Part shown: positions 50,064 to 59,806 of the stretch, in pieces
Position numbering within the stretch: the stretch's first letter is position 1
Layout of the letters: each line of letters starts with the position of its first letter
NCBI GenBank assembly: GCA_027459725.1
Contig: DAIDHK010000001.1
Span: 131,411 to 195,410 of the forward strand
DNA: 64,000 nt
DNA from: Candidatus Levyibacteriota bacterium
GTDB lineage: Bacteria; Patescibacteriota; Microgenomatia; Levybacterales; UBA12049
Direction: 5' to 3'
Notes under the pieces: generated by a model
What the model was told of the DNA's origin: nothing
What the model saw: the letters and a program-made list of their open reading frames with translations, nothing else
Database searches by the model: none
Translations under genes and position numbers: made by a program

Positions 50064-52691
50064 TTAATCTTTTTCAAAATAATTTTGTTTATTCTCCTGA
50101 TTAAATATTTTCTGGTGTTCTTTCAATTCAGCCAATTTATTCAGAGCTTCCAAAGGTGTCATTTGCGAAATATCAATTTCAGTCAACTCTTTACTAATTA
50201 AATGCTCAACAATAATTGTAGGTTGGGTCGGGAAGTTAATATTTCTTTGTATCTCACTTTTTGTTTCTAATTCGCTTAAAATTTTATTGGCGCTATTTAT
50301 AACTTCCTCTGGTACTCCAGCCAATTTAGCAACAGCAATTCCAAAGCTATGTGAAGCACTACCAGGCATTATCGTGTGTAAAAATATCGGCCCATCTGTT
50401 CCGTCCTCTGTAGCCATGAAATAATTGGAAATCAGTGTAGGATATTTTTCCGCTAAACCTTGCAACTCATGATAATGTGTGGCAAAGAGCGTCCTGGGAG
50501 GAGAAGAGAAATGAGTTACTAAATACTCAGCTACTGCGCTAGCAATACTAATACCATCATAGGTGCTCGTTCCTCTGCCTATCTCATCCATAATGATCAA
50601 GCTTTTACCAGTCGCCTGACGTAAGATATAAGCTGTTTCTGTCATCTCAACCATGAATGTAGATAATCCCTCGCCAATAACATCGGATGCTCCAGAACGA
50701 ACGAAGATTTTATCAACTAAAGACAGCTCTGCACTTTTAGCGGGAACAAAACTGCCTATTTGATTCATTAATACAATCAAAGCAATCTGGCGGATAAAAA
50801 CTGATTTACCTGCCATATTTGGACCGGTAATTATCCATAGTGACGGACTATCTTGGTCTAAAATCACACTATTAGGACAAAAACGCTGTTCGGCTAAAAG
50901 TGTCTCCACTACAGGATGTCGTCCTTGCGTAATAGAAAACTTTCCTTCCACAAACTGGGCTCTTATATACTGCCTTTTTTCGGCTAATTGAGCAAAGTTT
51001 ATCAGACAATCTAAAATGGCAATTTGTCTAGCCGCTTGTTGAATACTGTTTGTATACGATAAGACATATTCAAGTATTTGCCAGAATAAATTATATTCCA
51101 ACTCCGACATTTTTTCCTCAGCCGAAAGAATAATTGCTTCCTGTTTTTTTAGTTCTGGAGTAGTAAATCTTTCACCATTCACTAATGTCTGCTTACGGAA
51201 GTAACTTGAGGGTACTAAAGTGAGGTTGGCCTTACTCACTTCAATGTAGTAACCAAAAACTGAGTTATAACGGACTTTTAAGGAACCAATTCCTGTTCGA
51301 GTCCTCTCTGCATTTTCAAAATCATTTATCCACTTTTTAGATTTTGCAATAATTTCATGAAGTTTATCCAGTTCAGGACTGACTTCCTTTTGTATCATCT
51401 TCCCGATGCGCAAATCTATAGGAGGCTCGGGGACAATATTTGCATCTATATAAGGAATAAGTTTTGTTAAATCATCGCTTATAGATAAATTTATTTCTTT
51501 TAGTAAAGGCGATTTCGCCTGCTGTAAGAGCATTTTGAGCTCTAAAATTAATTGCAAAGCAAGTTTAAGATTAACTAAATCCCTGGCATTCCCTATGCGC
51601 ACACTTAAGCGTGAGAGTAAACGTTCTATATCAATAACTTCTTTTAATCTATCTGCTAACTTCTGTCTCAATTTAGAGTCTAGAAGAAGTTCATCAACTG
51701 CGTCATGGCGTGCATTAATTTTTTCTACACTATATAAAGGAGACGTAATCCACTGACGCAATAGTCTGCCTCCCATAGAAGTAATAGTTTCATCTAACAC
51801 AGACAATAGACTCCCTTTGAAATTATGTTCACGAATTGTCGAAAGAAGTTCAAGGTTCAAAATTGTTGAACGATCAAGCTGGACCGACTCTTCATCCACA
51901 ATCTCTTCGATCGTACGTATATGTACAACTTTTGTTTTCTGAGTTTGCTGTAAATATCCAATAAGAGTTGCTGCAACTTCCTGCAGTAATAAATTAGTCG
52001 CGATACTGAAGGCTTTCAGGCTGCCGACAGCAAAATGCTGTTGCAAAATGCTAGTCGCCTGATCAGCTATAAAATTCCATTCCTGAAAACAATTAATGTT
52101 TAAGTTATTTTGCCTGCGTAATAATCTAATAAAATCTACATTGTTATAAAGACTGGGTGAAAGAATACATTCTGAAGGCTGAAGCCTGGAAAGTTCGTTA
52201 AATAAAGTTGTTGCTAAATTAATAAATTTTACTTTCCTTACAGCAAAATAACCAGTCGATATATCAGCAATAGCTAAAGCAAGAACATCTTCAGATAAAG
52301 TTATACAAATAATATAGTTATTTTCTTTTTTCTCCAATGCTTTCTCATCAAGAATAGTTCCAGGAGTTACAACTCGTATAACATCCCTTTCTACTAGACC
52401 TCGTTTATTAGGAGGACTTAACTGCTCACATACAGCCACCTTGTAGCCCTCCTTAACTAGCTTGGTGAGGTAAGAATCAACTGCATGGAAAGGTATACCA
52501 GCCATGGGAATATTACCGTCTTTTCCACCTCTTTTATGAGTAAGAGTAATATTAAGAATTTTACTACCAATCAAAGCATCTTCGAGAAATAGCTCATAAA
52601 AGTCGCCCATGCGATATAAAAGTAAGCAATCTGTATATTGCTTTTTAATCTCCTCATACTGTTTCATCATTGGTGTTGAGAAAGACCGCAT
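50064..52691 (-). CDS. mutS: DNA mismatch repair protein MutS
   Basis: TPMMKQY, RMGDFYELF, TGPNMAGKS, STFMVEM, DEIGRGTSTYDG, ATHYHEL. Confidence 0.97.
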   Translation of the reverse strand: MRSFSTPMMKQYEEIKKQYTDCLLLYRMGDFYELFLEDALIGSKILNITLTHKRGGKDGNIPMAGIPFHAVDSYLTKLVKEGYKVAVCEQLSPPNKRGLVERDVIRVVTPGTILDEKALEKKENNYIICITLSEDVLALAIADISTGYFAVRKVKFINLATTLFNELSRLQPSECILSPSLYNNVDFIRLLRRQNNLNINCFQEWNFIADQATSILQQHFAVGSLKAFSIATNLLLQEVAATLIGYLQQTQKTKVVHIRTIEEIVDEESVQLDRSTILNLELLSTIREHNFKGSLLSVLDETITSMGGRLLRQWITSPLYSVEKINARHDAVDELLLDSKLRQKLADRLKEVIDIERLLSRLSVRIGNARDLVNLKLALQLILELKMLLQQAKSPLLKEINLSISDDLTKLIPYIDANIVPEPPIDLRIGKMIQKEVSPELDKLHEIIAKSKKWINDFENAERTRTGIGSLKVRYNSVFGYYIEVSKANLTLVPSSYFRKQTLVNGERFTTPELKKQEAIILSAEEKMSELEYNLFWQILEYVLSYTNSIQQAARQIAILDCLINFAQLAEKRQYIRAQFVEGKFSITQGRHPVVETLLAEQRFCPNSVILDQDSPSLWIITGPNMAGKSVFIRQIALIVLMNQIGSFVPAKSAELSLVDKIFVRSGASDVIGEGLSTFMVEMTETAYILRQATGKSLIIMDEIGRGTSTYDGISIASAVAEYLVTHFSSPPRTLFATHYHELQGLAEKYPTLISNYFMATEDGTDGPIFLHTIMPGSASHSFGIAVAKLAGVPEEVINSANKILSELETKSEIQRNINFPTQPTIIVEHLISKELTEIDISQMTPLEALNKLAELKEHQKIFNQENKQNYFEKD

Positions 52692-52761
52692 AGATATATA
52701 TCTTAGGCCAAACTCACAGACATGTCCAACTTATAAATTGAGAATATTGTACAATGTAATT

Positions 52762-53208
52762 ATGGAAAACAGTATTGTCCCTACTGGTTATGTTCCGCAA
52801 CCTAATGCACTTACATGCCAAGTTTGTCATATCGTTGTCAGAAACAACTGGTATTTTTGTCCAAACTGTGGCAAGAAACTTAAGAACGCACCTCTCTCTA
52901 CCTCAGCATGGAAACAATTCCAACTTTATATATTGAGTATCTTTTTACCTCCTTTTGGTTTGATTCCAGGTATGAGATACTTATTTGATAAAAATGGTAA
53001 CGCGAAACTAGTAGGAACAATTTGTTTACTTCTAACTGTGCTGTCGAGTATATTAACTATCTGGATAACTATGGTACTTGTACAACAGATTAATATTGAA
53101 CTCAATCATGCACTTACCCCATTGCCAGGTTTACAATATAATCATGGTTCTTCGAATACTAATAACTCGATGAATTATACGAATAGTATTCTCAAAAGCC
53201 TGCAATAG
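52762..53208 (+). CDS. Zinc-ribbon membrane protein
   Basis: CQVC...FCPNCG then two TM helices; ATG 52762 lies 6 nt after TACAAT and avoids overlap with mutS. Confidence 0.75.
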   Translation: MENSIVPTGYVPQPNALTCQVCHIVVRNNWYFCPNCGKKLKNAPLSTSAWKQFQLYILSIFLPPFGLIPGMRYLFDKNGNAKLVGTICLLLTVLSSILTIWITMVLVQQINIELNHALTPLPGLQYNHGSSNTNNSMNYTNSILKSLQ

Positions 53209-53259
53209 ATATTCCCATCTAGAGAATGTCAATTCTAGTGAGAAGTATAAGATAGAAAG

Positions 53260-53739
53260 TTAGCGTTTTGGAGATTGCTTCTTGCGACGGGCTTTTCCAC
53301 CAGTACCAACTTTACGTCGTTCCCTAACACGAGCATCGTGAGTCAAAAAACCTTTGGATTTCAATACTGCACGATACTTTTTATCTTCAACTAAAGCTAA
53401 GGCATTAGAAATTCCACTGACTATCGCAGCTAGCTGCCCACTCAAACCACCACCGTCAACTTTTACAGTAAAAGTGTATTTATTAGCGGTGTTAGTTACT
53501 CGAAAAGGCTCAGAAAAAATATGACGTCGAATAGTATCGGCATATATTTCATTTATCAGCTTACCATTGACTAAAATATCACCTTTATTAATCAAGACGT
53601 TATCCCAGCTCAAACTATCCTTAACATGTTCATATAAACGAACACGTGCCACTGCTTCACGTCGACGACCTACTGCATAGATAAAATCCTGCTTTTTATC
53701 TTTTTCTGTTTTTTGAGTTGTAACTTGTGTGTCTGCCAT
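53260..53739 (-). CDS. rpsI: 30S ribosomal protein S9
   Basis: GRRREAVARV, GGGLSGQ, RERRKVG, QSPKR. Confidence 0.97.
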   Translation of the reverse strand: MADTQVTTQKTEKDKKQDFIYAVGRRREAVARVRLYEHVKDSLSWDNVLINKGDILVNGKLINEIYADTIRRHIFSEPFRVTNTANKYTFTVKVDGGGLSGQLAAIVSGISNALALVEDKKYRAVLKSKGFLTHDARVRERRKVGTGGKARRKKQSPKR

Positions 53740-53747
53740 ATCTATAA

Positions 53748-54164
53748 TTAATTTGTTTTAAATTTGTCTGCAAATCGATGTTCGCTTCCGGCAAAAATAA
53801 ATAATCGCTTGAGCATCTTATCACGAAGTTTGCTTTCAGGCAACATACCTCTGACAGCTTTTTCTACAATTTCCTCCGGTTTACGTGCCCTTAATTCTTT
53901 GACAGTTTCAGATTTAAAACCTCCCGGATACATGGAATGTCTCGCATACGATTTTGCTGTTTCTTTCTTACCTGTTAATCTTACATTTTTTGCATTAACT
54001 ACCACTACATAATCCCCACAGTCCAAATTGCGAACAAAATAAGATTTAGATTTACCCATCAATAACTCTGCAATTTTAGTAGCTTGTCTGCCCAAAACCT
54101 GATCATTCACATCGATTAAATGCCAAGTTCTTTTAATATCATTAATTTTTGTTGCTGGTGTCAT
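53748..54164 (-). CDS. rplM: 50S ribosomal protein L13
   Basis: WHLID, LGRQAT, DCGDYVVVVNA, HSMYPGG, AVRGMLP. Confidence 0.97.
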   Translation of the reverse strand: MTPATKINDIKRTWHLIDVNDQVLGRQATKIAELLMGKSKSYFVRNLDCGDYVVVVNAKNVRLTGKKETAKSYARHSMYPGGFKSETVKELRARKPEEIVEKAVRGMLPESKLRDKMLKRLFIFAGSEHRFADKFKTN

Positions 54165-54166
54165 AA

Positions 54167-54685
54167 TTATTTAACCTCTTTCTTAGCCTTAGATGTTTTT
54201 TTCACTTTGGTAGATGTCTTTTTTGCAGAGGTTTTCTTAGCTTTTGCAGTGATTTGATTTGATTCTTTGCGAGTTAATTCTTTTTTATCCGTTTTAATTG
54301 TTTGGCTTTGATTTTTAAGATTCAAATTCTTACTCTCCGTCCATTCAATAAAAGCAGTTTGTGCGTTATCGTTAAAGCGACGACCTAACTTTATAATCCG
54401 AGTATAACCTCCCTGACGATCAGCAAAACGGGGACCCAAATCATCTATTAGCTTCATTACTGCAGTTGAGCTAACGAGTGGCTGTAACAAGATTCTAGCA
54501 TGTAATTTGTCATCATATTTGGCTTTGGTAATCAATTTATCAGCGTCTGATTTAATAGCTCTCGCTTTTTCTAAAGTTGTTTCAATTCTCTCATGTAAGA
54601 CAAGCTCTGATAGCAAACTCTTAAAGAGCGCTTTTCTCTCATTAACATCTCTTTTAAATTGTCTACCAAATACATTTTTTCGCAT
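54167..54685 (-). CDS. rplQ: 50S ribosomal protein L17 with Lys-rich tail
   Basis: ERIETTLEKA, RQGGYTRIIKLGRR. Confidence 0.96.
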   Translation of the reverse strand: MRKNVFGRQFKRDVNERKALFKSLLSELVLHERIETTLEKARAIKSDADKLITKAKYDDKLHARILLQPLVSSTAVMKLIDDLGPRFADRQGGYTRIIKLGRRFNDNAQTAFIEWTESKNLNLKNQSQTIKTDKKELTRKESNQITAKAKKTSAKKTSTKVKKTSKAKKEVK

Positions 54686-54695
54686 AAATATAAAA

Positions 54696-54812
54696 AAATC
54701 CGAGTCTCAAAACCCGAAATACGAAACATTTCAAATAAAATTTCTTTTAAATTAAACCGACAGTTTGGAAATTATTATTTGTTTCGAATTTCGATATTCG
54801 AACTTCGGATTT
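54696..54812. repeat. Heptamer-periodic imperfect palindrome (TTCGAAT type)
   Basis: AATCCGA GTCTCAA AACCCGA AATACGA ... TTCGAAT TTCGATA TTCGAAC TTCGGAT. Confidence 0.75.
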
Positions 54813-54813
54813 A

Positions 54814-55734
54814 TTAGATAGTTAAATTAATACCTTTTTGTTGCAATTTTTCTTCAATTACAGCAATTGATTTACCACCCATATTGCGCATAGAAGCAAG
54901 TTCTTTTCTCGGAGTTTGTAGTAATTGTTCCACCGTTTCAATTCCGCCATTGCGCAAACTATTATAAATTCTGGTAGGCAGATCTAATTCATCAATGGTC
55001 ATATTTAAAGAAGGCTGTGAGCCGGATACGGGAATTGCCGTTTCTACACTGGAATCAGCATCTGGTGAATATACCTGTGTAAATAATTGACTTAACGTCT
55101 TTGAAGCAAAATCGAGAGCTTCCCTAGGAGTAACACTACCGTTTGTCCAGATCTTCATGATTAACTTATCAAGATTTGTTTGGCGTCCCACACGAGTTGA
55201 TTCAACACTGTAGGTTACTCTTTTAACAGGAGAAAAAATAGCGTCTGTTGGAATGACACCAACTGAAGATACCTTACGTTCGTCTGCAGGGGAGAAACCA
55301 TATCCTCTTTCAACTATCATTTCCAATTCCAATTTGGCTTTTTCATTAGCCAATGAACCTAAATATTGATCTTTGTTTACAATTTCTACACCATCACTGA
55401 CATTAAGATCAGCAGACGTAACTTCTTTAGGACCCTTTACGGAGAGATTAATTGTTCCTGTTTCTCTATTCTCTGACAGTCGTACTTGCAGTTGTTTCAC
55501 ATTTAAAAGAAGATCAATAACATTTTCTTTCAATCCTGAAATAGTAGAGAAACGATGCTTAACTCCAGAGATTTTTACTGAAGTAACTGCTGCCCCAGGA
55601 ATTGAAATATACAAAACTCTTCGTAATGCGTTTCCCAGAGTATGTCCATATCCTGGCTGAAGCGGCTCTATCACAAACTCCCCAAAATCTTGAGTTGCCG
55701 TTAATTCTTTTACTGTAAATTTTAAATCTTCCAT
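54814..55734 (-). CDS. rpoA: RNA polymerase alpha subunit
   Basis: EPLQPGYGHTLGNALRR, DAIFSPV, RVGRQTNLDKL, RIYNSL; start MEDLK. Confidence 0.97.
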   Translation of the reverse strand: MEDLKFTVKELTATQDFGEFVIEPLQPGYGHTLGNALRRVLYISIPGAAVTSVKISGVKHRFSTISGLKENVIDLLLNVKQLQVRLSENRETGTINLSVKGPKEVTSADLNVSDGVEIVNKDQYLGSLANEKAKLELEMIVERGYGFSPADERKVSSVGVIPTDAIFSPVKRVTYSVESTRVGRQTNLDKLIMKIWTNGSVTPREALDFASKTLSQLFTQVYSPDADSSVETAIPVSGSQPSLNMTIDELDLPTRIYNSLRNGGIETVEQLLQTPRKELASMRNMGGKSIAVIEEKLQQKGINLTI

Positions 55735-55741
55735 ATCCTGT

Positions 55742-55770
55742 ATTGTATCACTATCTTGAATAATATTCAA
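55742..55770 (-). promoter_or_regulatory. Internal promoter for rpoA in the end of rpsD
   Basis: TTGAAT-17-TACAAT (TG extended), 7 nt before the rpoA ATG. Confidence 0.6.
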
Positions 55771-56353
55771 TAATCTGTTGAGTATTAAATGGCACTTCTA
55801 TATCTGCTCCTTTTGGCATGCGTAATAATTTGCCAGTGGTTGCTTGTCGTTCCAAAAACGGCAAGATATTGGGAGTGTCCTCTAATAGTTTAACAATTTG
55901 TGAATTTTTTTGCAACTTAGGACTTAAACTTACTACATCATCCACTTTAACCTGGTAAGATGGGATGGACAATTTTTCTCCGTTTACCAACACATGACCA
56001 TGTGAGACTAACTGACGAGACATATAACGACTAGAAGCAAATCCCAAGCGGTATACTACATTATCCAGTCTAGTTTCAAGTAATGAGAGTAACAATTCCC
56101 CCGTATCTCCTTTTTGAGTAGCAACTCTATCAACCAAGCCTTTAAATTGTTTTTCTAAAAGTCCGTAAATTGCCTTGGCTTTTTGCTTTTCACGCATCTG
56201 CAAACCATACTCTGACATCTTCTTCCTACGTTTTTTACCATGAACACCGGGCGGAACTGATAAACGTCGCAACAAACTATTGGAAGTTTTATCTAGTACA
56301 TTTATACCTTCTTTTCTTGCTAACTTATGTTTTGGTCCAGTATATCTTGCCAT
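55751..56353 (-). CDS. rpsD: 30S ribosomal protein S4
   Basis: MARYTGPK, PPGVHG, SEYGLQMREKQK, LETRLDNVVYRLG, IIEYYSR. Confidence 0.97.
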   Translation of the reverse strand: MARYTGPKHKLARKEGINVLDKTSNSLLRRLSVPPGVHGKKRRKKMSEYGLQMREKQKAKAIYGLLEKQFKGLVDRVATQKGDTGELLLSLLETRLDNVVYRLGFASSRYMSRQLVSHGHVLVNGEKLSIPSYQVKVDDVVSLSPKLQKNSQIVKLLEDTPNILPFLERQATTGKLLRMPKGADIEVPFNTQQIIEYYSR

Positions 56354-56370
56354 ATTTTTAAAATCAAAAA

Positions 56371-56775
56371 CTATACACGTCTACGAACGGGCGGACGTGG
56401 TCCATTATGCGGAATTGGTGTAATATCCGCAATAGAATTAATTGACAATCCAGCAGCTTTAACTGCCCTTAAAGAAGAATCTCGACCAGAACCAGGTCCT
56501 TTGACAAACACATCCACCGTTTCCATACCTCTGTCAACAGCTTTTTTAGCAGCAATTTCCACAGCAGTAGAAGCGGCGAATGGAGTAGATTTACGTGTGC
56601 CCCGAAAACCAGCATTACCGGCAGAACTCCAGGAAACAGCATTGCCTTTATCATCGGTTATAGTAACTAAAGTATTGTTGAAAGTAGCCGTTACGAACAA
56701 TCTTCCGTGTTTAGACACGGTTTGAACTGTTTTTTTATTACTACTTGTTAATTTAGTTGTTTTTTTAGTTGCCAT
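56371..56775 (-). CDS. rpsK: 30S ribosomal protein S11
   Basis: [35 protein letters not shown]. Confidence 0.98.
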   Translation of the reverse strand: MATKKTTKLTSSNKKTVQTVSKHGRLFVTATFNNTLVTITDDKGNAVSWSSAGNAGFRGTRKSTPFAASTAVEIAAKKAVDRGMETVDVFVKGPGSGRDSSLRAVKAAGLSINSIADITPIPHNGPRPPVRRRV

Positions 56776-56778
56776 AGA

Positions 56779-57186
56779 TTATTTTGTTTTTGCTGCTGTC
56801 GCTGCCTCGATCTTGGCGGCTACTTCTTTCTTAATCGCTCCAATTGTCATTCTCTTACCACGCTTAGTTCTAGCATTCGAACGAGTTCTCTGTCCACGAA
56901 CTGGTAAATTTCTAGCATGTCTTAATCCCCGATAAGCACCAATATCACGCAAAGTTCTAATGTTGCCACTAACTTCCGCTCGTAAATCACCTTCTAATTT
57001 ATAGCTTTCTAAAACTTTGGTTAATTTTTTAACCTCATCTTCTGATAATACTTTGGCTCTAATGCTCCCATCAACTGAAGCAGCTGTCAAAATTTTTTTG
57101 ATATTACTCCTGCCTATCCCGTAAAGATAGGTTAAAGCTATATCAATTCTCTTATCATCAGGTATATTGGTGCCTAAAAATCTCAT
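56779..57186 (-). CDS. rpsM: 30S ribosomal protein S13
   Basis: ALTYLYGIG, EGDLR, YRGLRH, LPVRGQRTRSNARTKRG. Confidence 0.98.
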   Translation of the reverse strand: MRFLGTNIPDDKRIDIALTYLYGIGRSNIKKILTAASVDGSIRAKVLSEDEVKKLTKVLESYKLEGDLRAEVSGNIRTLRDIGAYRGLRHARNLPVRGQRTRSNARTKRGKRMTIGAIKKEVAAKIEAATAAKTK

Positions 57187-57196
57187 ATTTTAATAA

Positions 57197-57310
57197 TTAA
57201 CCCTGGCGTTGTTTATGCTTCGGAGTTGAACAAATAACCCGAACAACACCTTTACGTCTAATAATTTTACATTTCATACATCGTTTCTTTACACTTGCTT
57301 GTACTTTCAT
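57197..57310 (-). CDS. rpmJ: 50S ribosomal protein L36 (not in the ORF track)
   Basis: Manual translation [37 protein letters not shown]. Confidence 0.97.
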   Translation of the reverse strand: MKVQASVKKRCMKCKIIRRKGVVRVICSTPKHKQRQG

Positions 57311-57321
57311 CTTTAATCTCC

Positions 57322-57540
57322 TTATCTATAACGTAATATAATACGTCCTTTATTTAAATCATATGGCGTCATCTCAATCCTTACCCTATCGCCAGGAAGA
57401 ATTTTGATAAAATTCATTCTCAGTTTTCCCGATAGATGACATAAAACAATTGTTTTATCCTCTAACTCTACTCTAAACAATGTATTAGGCAGCGACTCTC
57501 GTACTACTCCGTCTTTCTCAAATGAACCTTGGTGAGCCAT
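57322..57540 (-). CDS. infA: Translation initiation factor IF-1
   Basis: [38 protein letters not shown]. Confidence 0.97.
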   Translation of the reverse strand: MAHQGSFEKDGVVRESLPNTLFRVELEDKTIVLCHLSGKLRMNFIKILPGDRVRIEMTPYDLNKGRIILRYR

Positions 57541-57544
57541 AAAA

Positions 57545-57655
57545 AAAATTCAAAACCCAAAATGCAAATATCAAAATCTAATTCGCTAGTATACTGCGAG
57601 CAAACTTTTAATTTTGACTTGCAATTTTGCCTTTTGAATTTTGCATTTTGAACTT
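57545..57655. repeat. Heptamer-periodic imperfect palindrome (ATTTTGA/C type) in the infA leader
   Basis: AAAATTC AAAACCC AAAATGC AAATATC ... ATTTTGC CTTTTGA ATTTTGC ATTTTGA. Confidence 0.75.
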
Positions 57656-57660
57656 AGGAT

Positions 57661-57689
57661 ATTATAGCAAACACACTACGCAAGCGCAA
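57661..57689 (-). promoter_or_regulatory. Promoter of infA-rpmJ-rpsM-rpsK-rpsD
   Basis: TTGCGC-17-TATAAT with TG extension. Confidence 0.7.
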
Positions 57690-57691
57690 GG

Positions 57692-58465
57692 CTAGGGAGT
57701 AAGTATTATTGGCTCCCCCCCTGTAATAGCGATGCTACGCTCAAAAACAGCAGACAATGACCCGTCTTTACTGACTATTGTCCAGTCATCTGTACCTAAA
57801 TAAACTACCTCTCCCTTGCCCATATTATATATTACCTCAACAGCTATCGTCATACCGGGTTTGAGCAATACAGTCCTTTCAATCGAACCTTCTAAGTATC
57901 CTGGCACTTCAGGATCTTCATGCAGCTCACGACCAACCCCATGGCCGATCAAACTGCGTACTACAGAATAACCGTTATCCTGTTCTACAATCTGTTGAAT
58001 AATCTTTGAAATGTTTCCGATATGATTACCAGCTTTTGCCTGTTTAATAGCCGCATTTAATGCCTTTTTACCGGTAGCTAAAAAATCATCAATCTGTAAC
58101 TCATTATTAATCTTGCCGCCCGCCGATTTAATTTTAACTGTCTCACACATATCTGTATGAAATCCACCGTAAAAAACACCCATATCAATATCTATAATAT
58201 CTCCGTCCTTGAGACGGTAATTGGTAGGAATGCCATGTACTACCACATCATTGGTACAAGCACAAATTGTATTATGATAACCGGGAACTTTCATGAAACC
58301 AGGTTCTCCTCCTTTTTCTCTTATCAGCTTCTCAGCCATTTCATCCAGTTCTAACTCAGAAACTCCGGGTTTGGCGGCCCGACATACTTCCCACATCACT
58401 TCTGAAAGTATTCTACCTCCAAGCTGCATAAGCTTAATCTGTTCAGGTGTCTTAATATCAATCAT
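57692..58465 (-). CDS. map: Methionine aminopeptidase type I
   Basis: VVHGIP, DIDMG, GFHTD, GHGVGRELHEDP, AVEV, FERS. Confidence 0.96.
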   Translation of the reverse strand: MIDIKTPEQIKLMQLGGRILSEVMWEVCRAAKPGVSELELDEMAEKLIREKGGEPGFMKVPGYHNTICACTNDVVVHGIPTNYRLKDGDIIDIDMGVFYGGFHTDMCETVKIKSAGGKINNELQIDDFLATGKKALNAAIKQAKAGNHIGNISKIIQQIVEQDNGYSVVRSLIGHGVGRELHEDPEVPGYLEGSIERTVLLKPGMTIAVEVIYNMGKGEVVYLGTDDWTIVSKDGSLSAVFERSIAITGGEPIILTP

Positions 58466-59154
58466 AAATTTCTATATCCTCTGACCTCATCAATAACTCT
58501 TAATATTTTCTCAATTGTCTGCTCTTCTGTCAAATTGCTATCGTCTACTATATTATAGCCGTATCTTTCGGGCTCAGACACCAAATTATGTAAATCACCA
58601 AACATATCTTTTTCGTCCCGATATTTGGTTTCCTCCAGCACTTGTTGCAAACTCTCATCTGTATCCATGCTTTGCTGCAAATATCTCCTTTTTGCACGCG
58701 TTTCAAGATCTGCTGTCAGATAAATTTTAACTTCTGCATTTGGAAAAACTTTGGTCACCATATCTCTTCCTTCCGCAATAACAATCTTTTCTTGTGACAT
58801 TTTAAGTCCTATTTCTCTCTGCATTGGTATCAAATAATCTCTTACAAAAGAATAATTGGCTACGATAGTTACTTCTTTATCCACATTAGACTGTTTCAGA
58901 TAACCTGTGACATCTTCTTCGTTCAATATCGTAGTTTCTCCACTCACACGGACTTTTATTTTTCTTAATATCTGCCTTACCGCTTCACTATTGTCAATGC
59001 TAATATCATGCTGAAGGCAATAATAGGTAACTGCACGATAAAACATACCAGTGGTCAGAAAAAATGCATTTAACCTACTAGCTAATGCTTTTGCGATAGT
59101 CCCTTTTCCTGAAGCTACGGGGCCATCAATTGCGATAATAAAACCTTGACTCAT
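58462..59154 (-). CDS. cmk: (d)CMP kinase
   Basis: IAIDGPVASGKGT, TGMFYRAV, EGRD, KIYLTA..ETRAKRR, RDEKD. Confidence 0.92.
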   Translation of the reverse strand: MSQGFIIAIDGPVASGKGTIAKALASRLNAFFLTTGMFYRAVTYYCLQHDISIDNSEAVRQILRKIKVRVSGETTILNEEDVTGYLKQSNVDKEVTIVANYSFVRDYLIPMQREIGLKMSQEKIVIAEGRDMVTKVFPNAEVKIYLTADLETRAKRRYLQQSMDTDESLQQVLEETKYRDEKDMFGDLHNLVSEPERYGYNIVDDSNLTEEQTIEKILRVIDEVRGYRNL

Positions 59155-59198
59155 AAATTAATAACAAAATACTTCTCTTACAGTACTATCCAACTATT

Positions 59199-59774
59199 TT
59201 ATTTAATGTTTATACTATTCTTCACATCCTTATGCACTTCTGCAATCGGCTTCATTCCATCAACTGTTAAAAGTTGATATTTGCTTTGTATAACCTGTAA
59301 ACGTTCAACTAACTTGTCGTTAAAATATGCCAAACGCGACTTAATGCCCTCTATTGTATCATCCCTCCGTCTACGTTTGCTTACCAGTCGTTTGATACTC
59401 TCTTCTTCAGAAATATAAATATACAAAACCACTACTGGTAGTGTCAATCGCGATTCCTTTAACAAATCATCAAACTGTATTGTTTCCTCATATGTGCGTA
59501 AACTGCCATCTAAAATTACCCCTCTCTGATATTGTTTTCCATTCAATGTCTTAATAAAAATTTGTTTCAAAAACTTTGCTGCTAAATAGCTGTGGCTGGC
59601 AAACATTTTTCTGGCAGCATTTCCCAATTCTCCTCTATCATTCTCGGCAAAAGAGCGAATTAAATTACCCGTTGATACATACGGCAATCCAGTCTTTGTC
59701 GCCAGTAAATTAGCTTGCGTCGATTTTCCAGCCCCCTCCGGCCCAATAAAAATGAATATTCTGTTGTGTTGCAT
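59199..59774 (-). CDS. Adenylate kinase-like NMP kinase (second, divergent paralog)
   Basis: GPEGAGKSTQA, VSTGNLIR, ILDGSLRT, RRDD. Confidence 0.85.
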   Translation of the reverse strand: MQHNRIFIFIGPEGAGKSTQANLLATKTGLPYVSTGNLIRSFAENDRGELGNAARKMFASHSYLAAKFLKQIFIKTLNGKQYQRGVILDGSLRTYEETIQFDDLLKESRLTLPVVVLYIYISEEESIKRLVSKRRRRDDTIEGIKSRLAYFNDKLVERLQVIQSKYQLLTVDGMKPIAEVHKDVKNSINIK

Positions 59775-59806
59775 ATCCCAGTAAGGAGGCACTTTGAATT
59801 AAAAAT

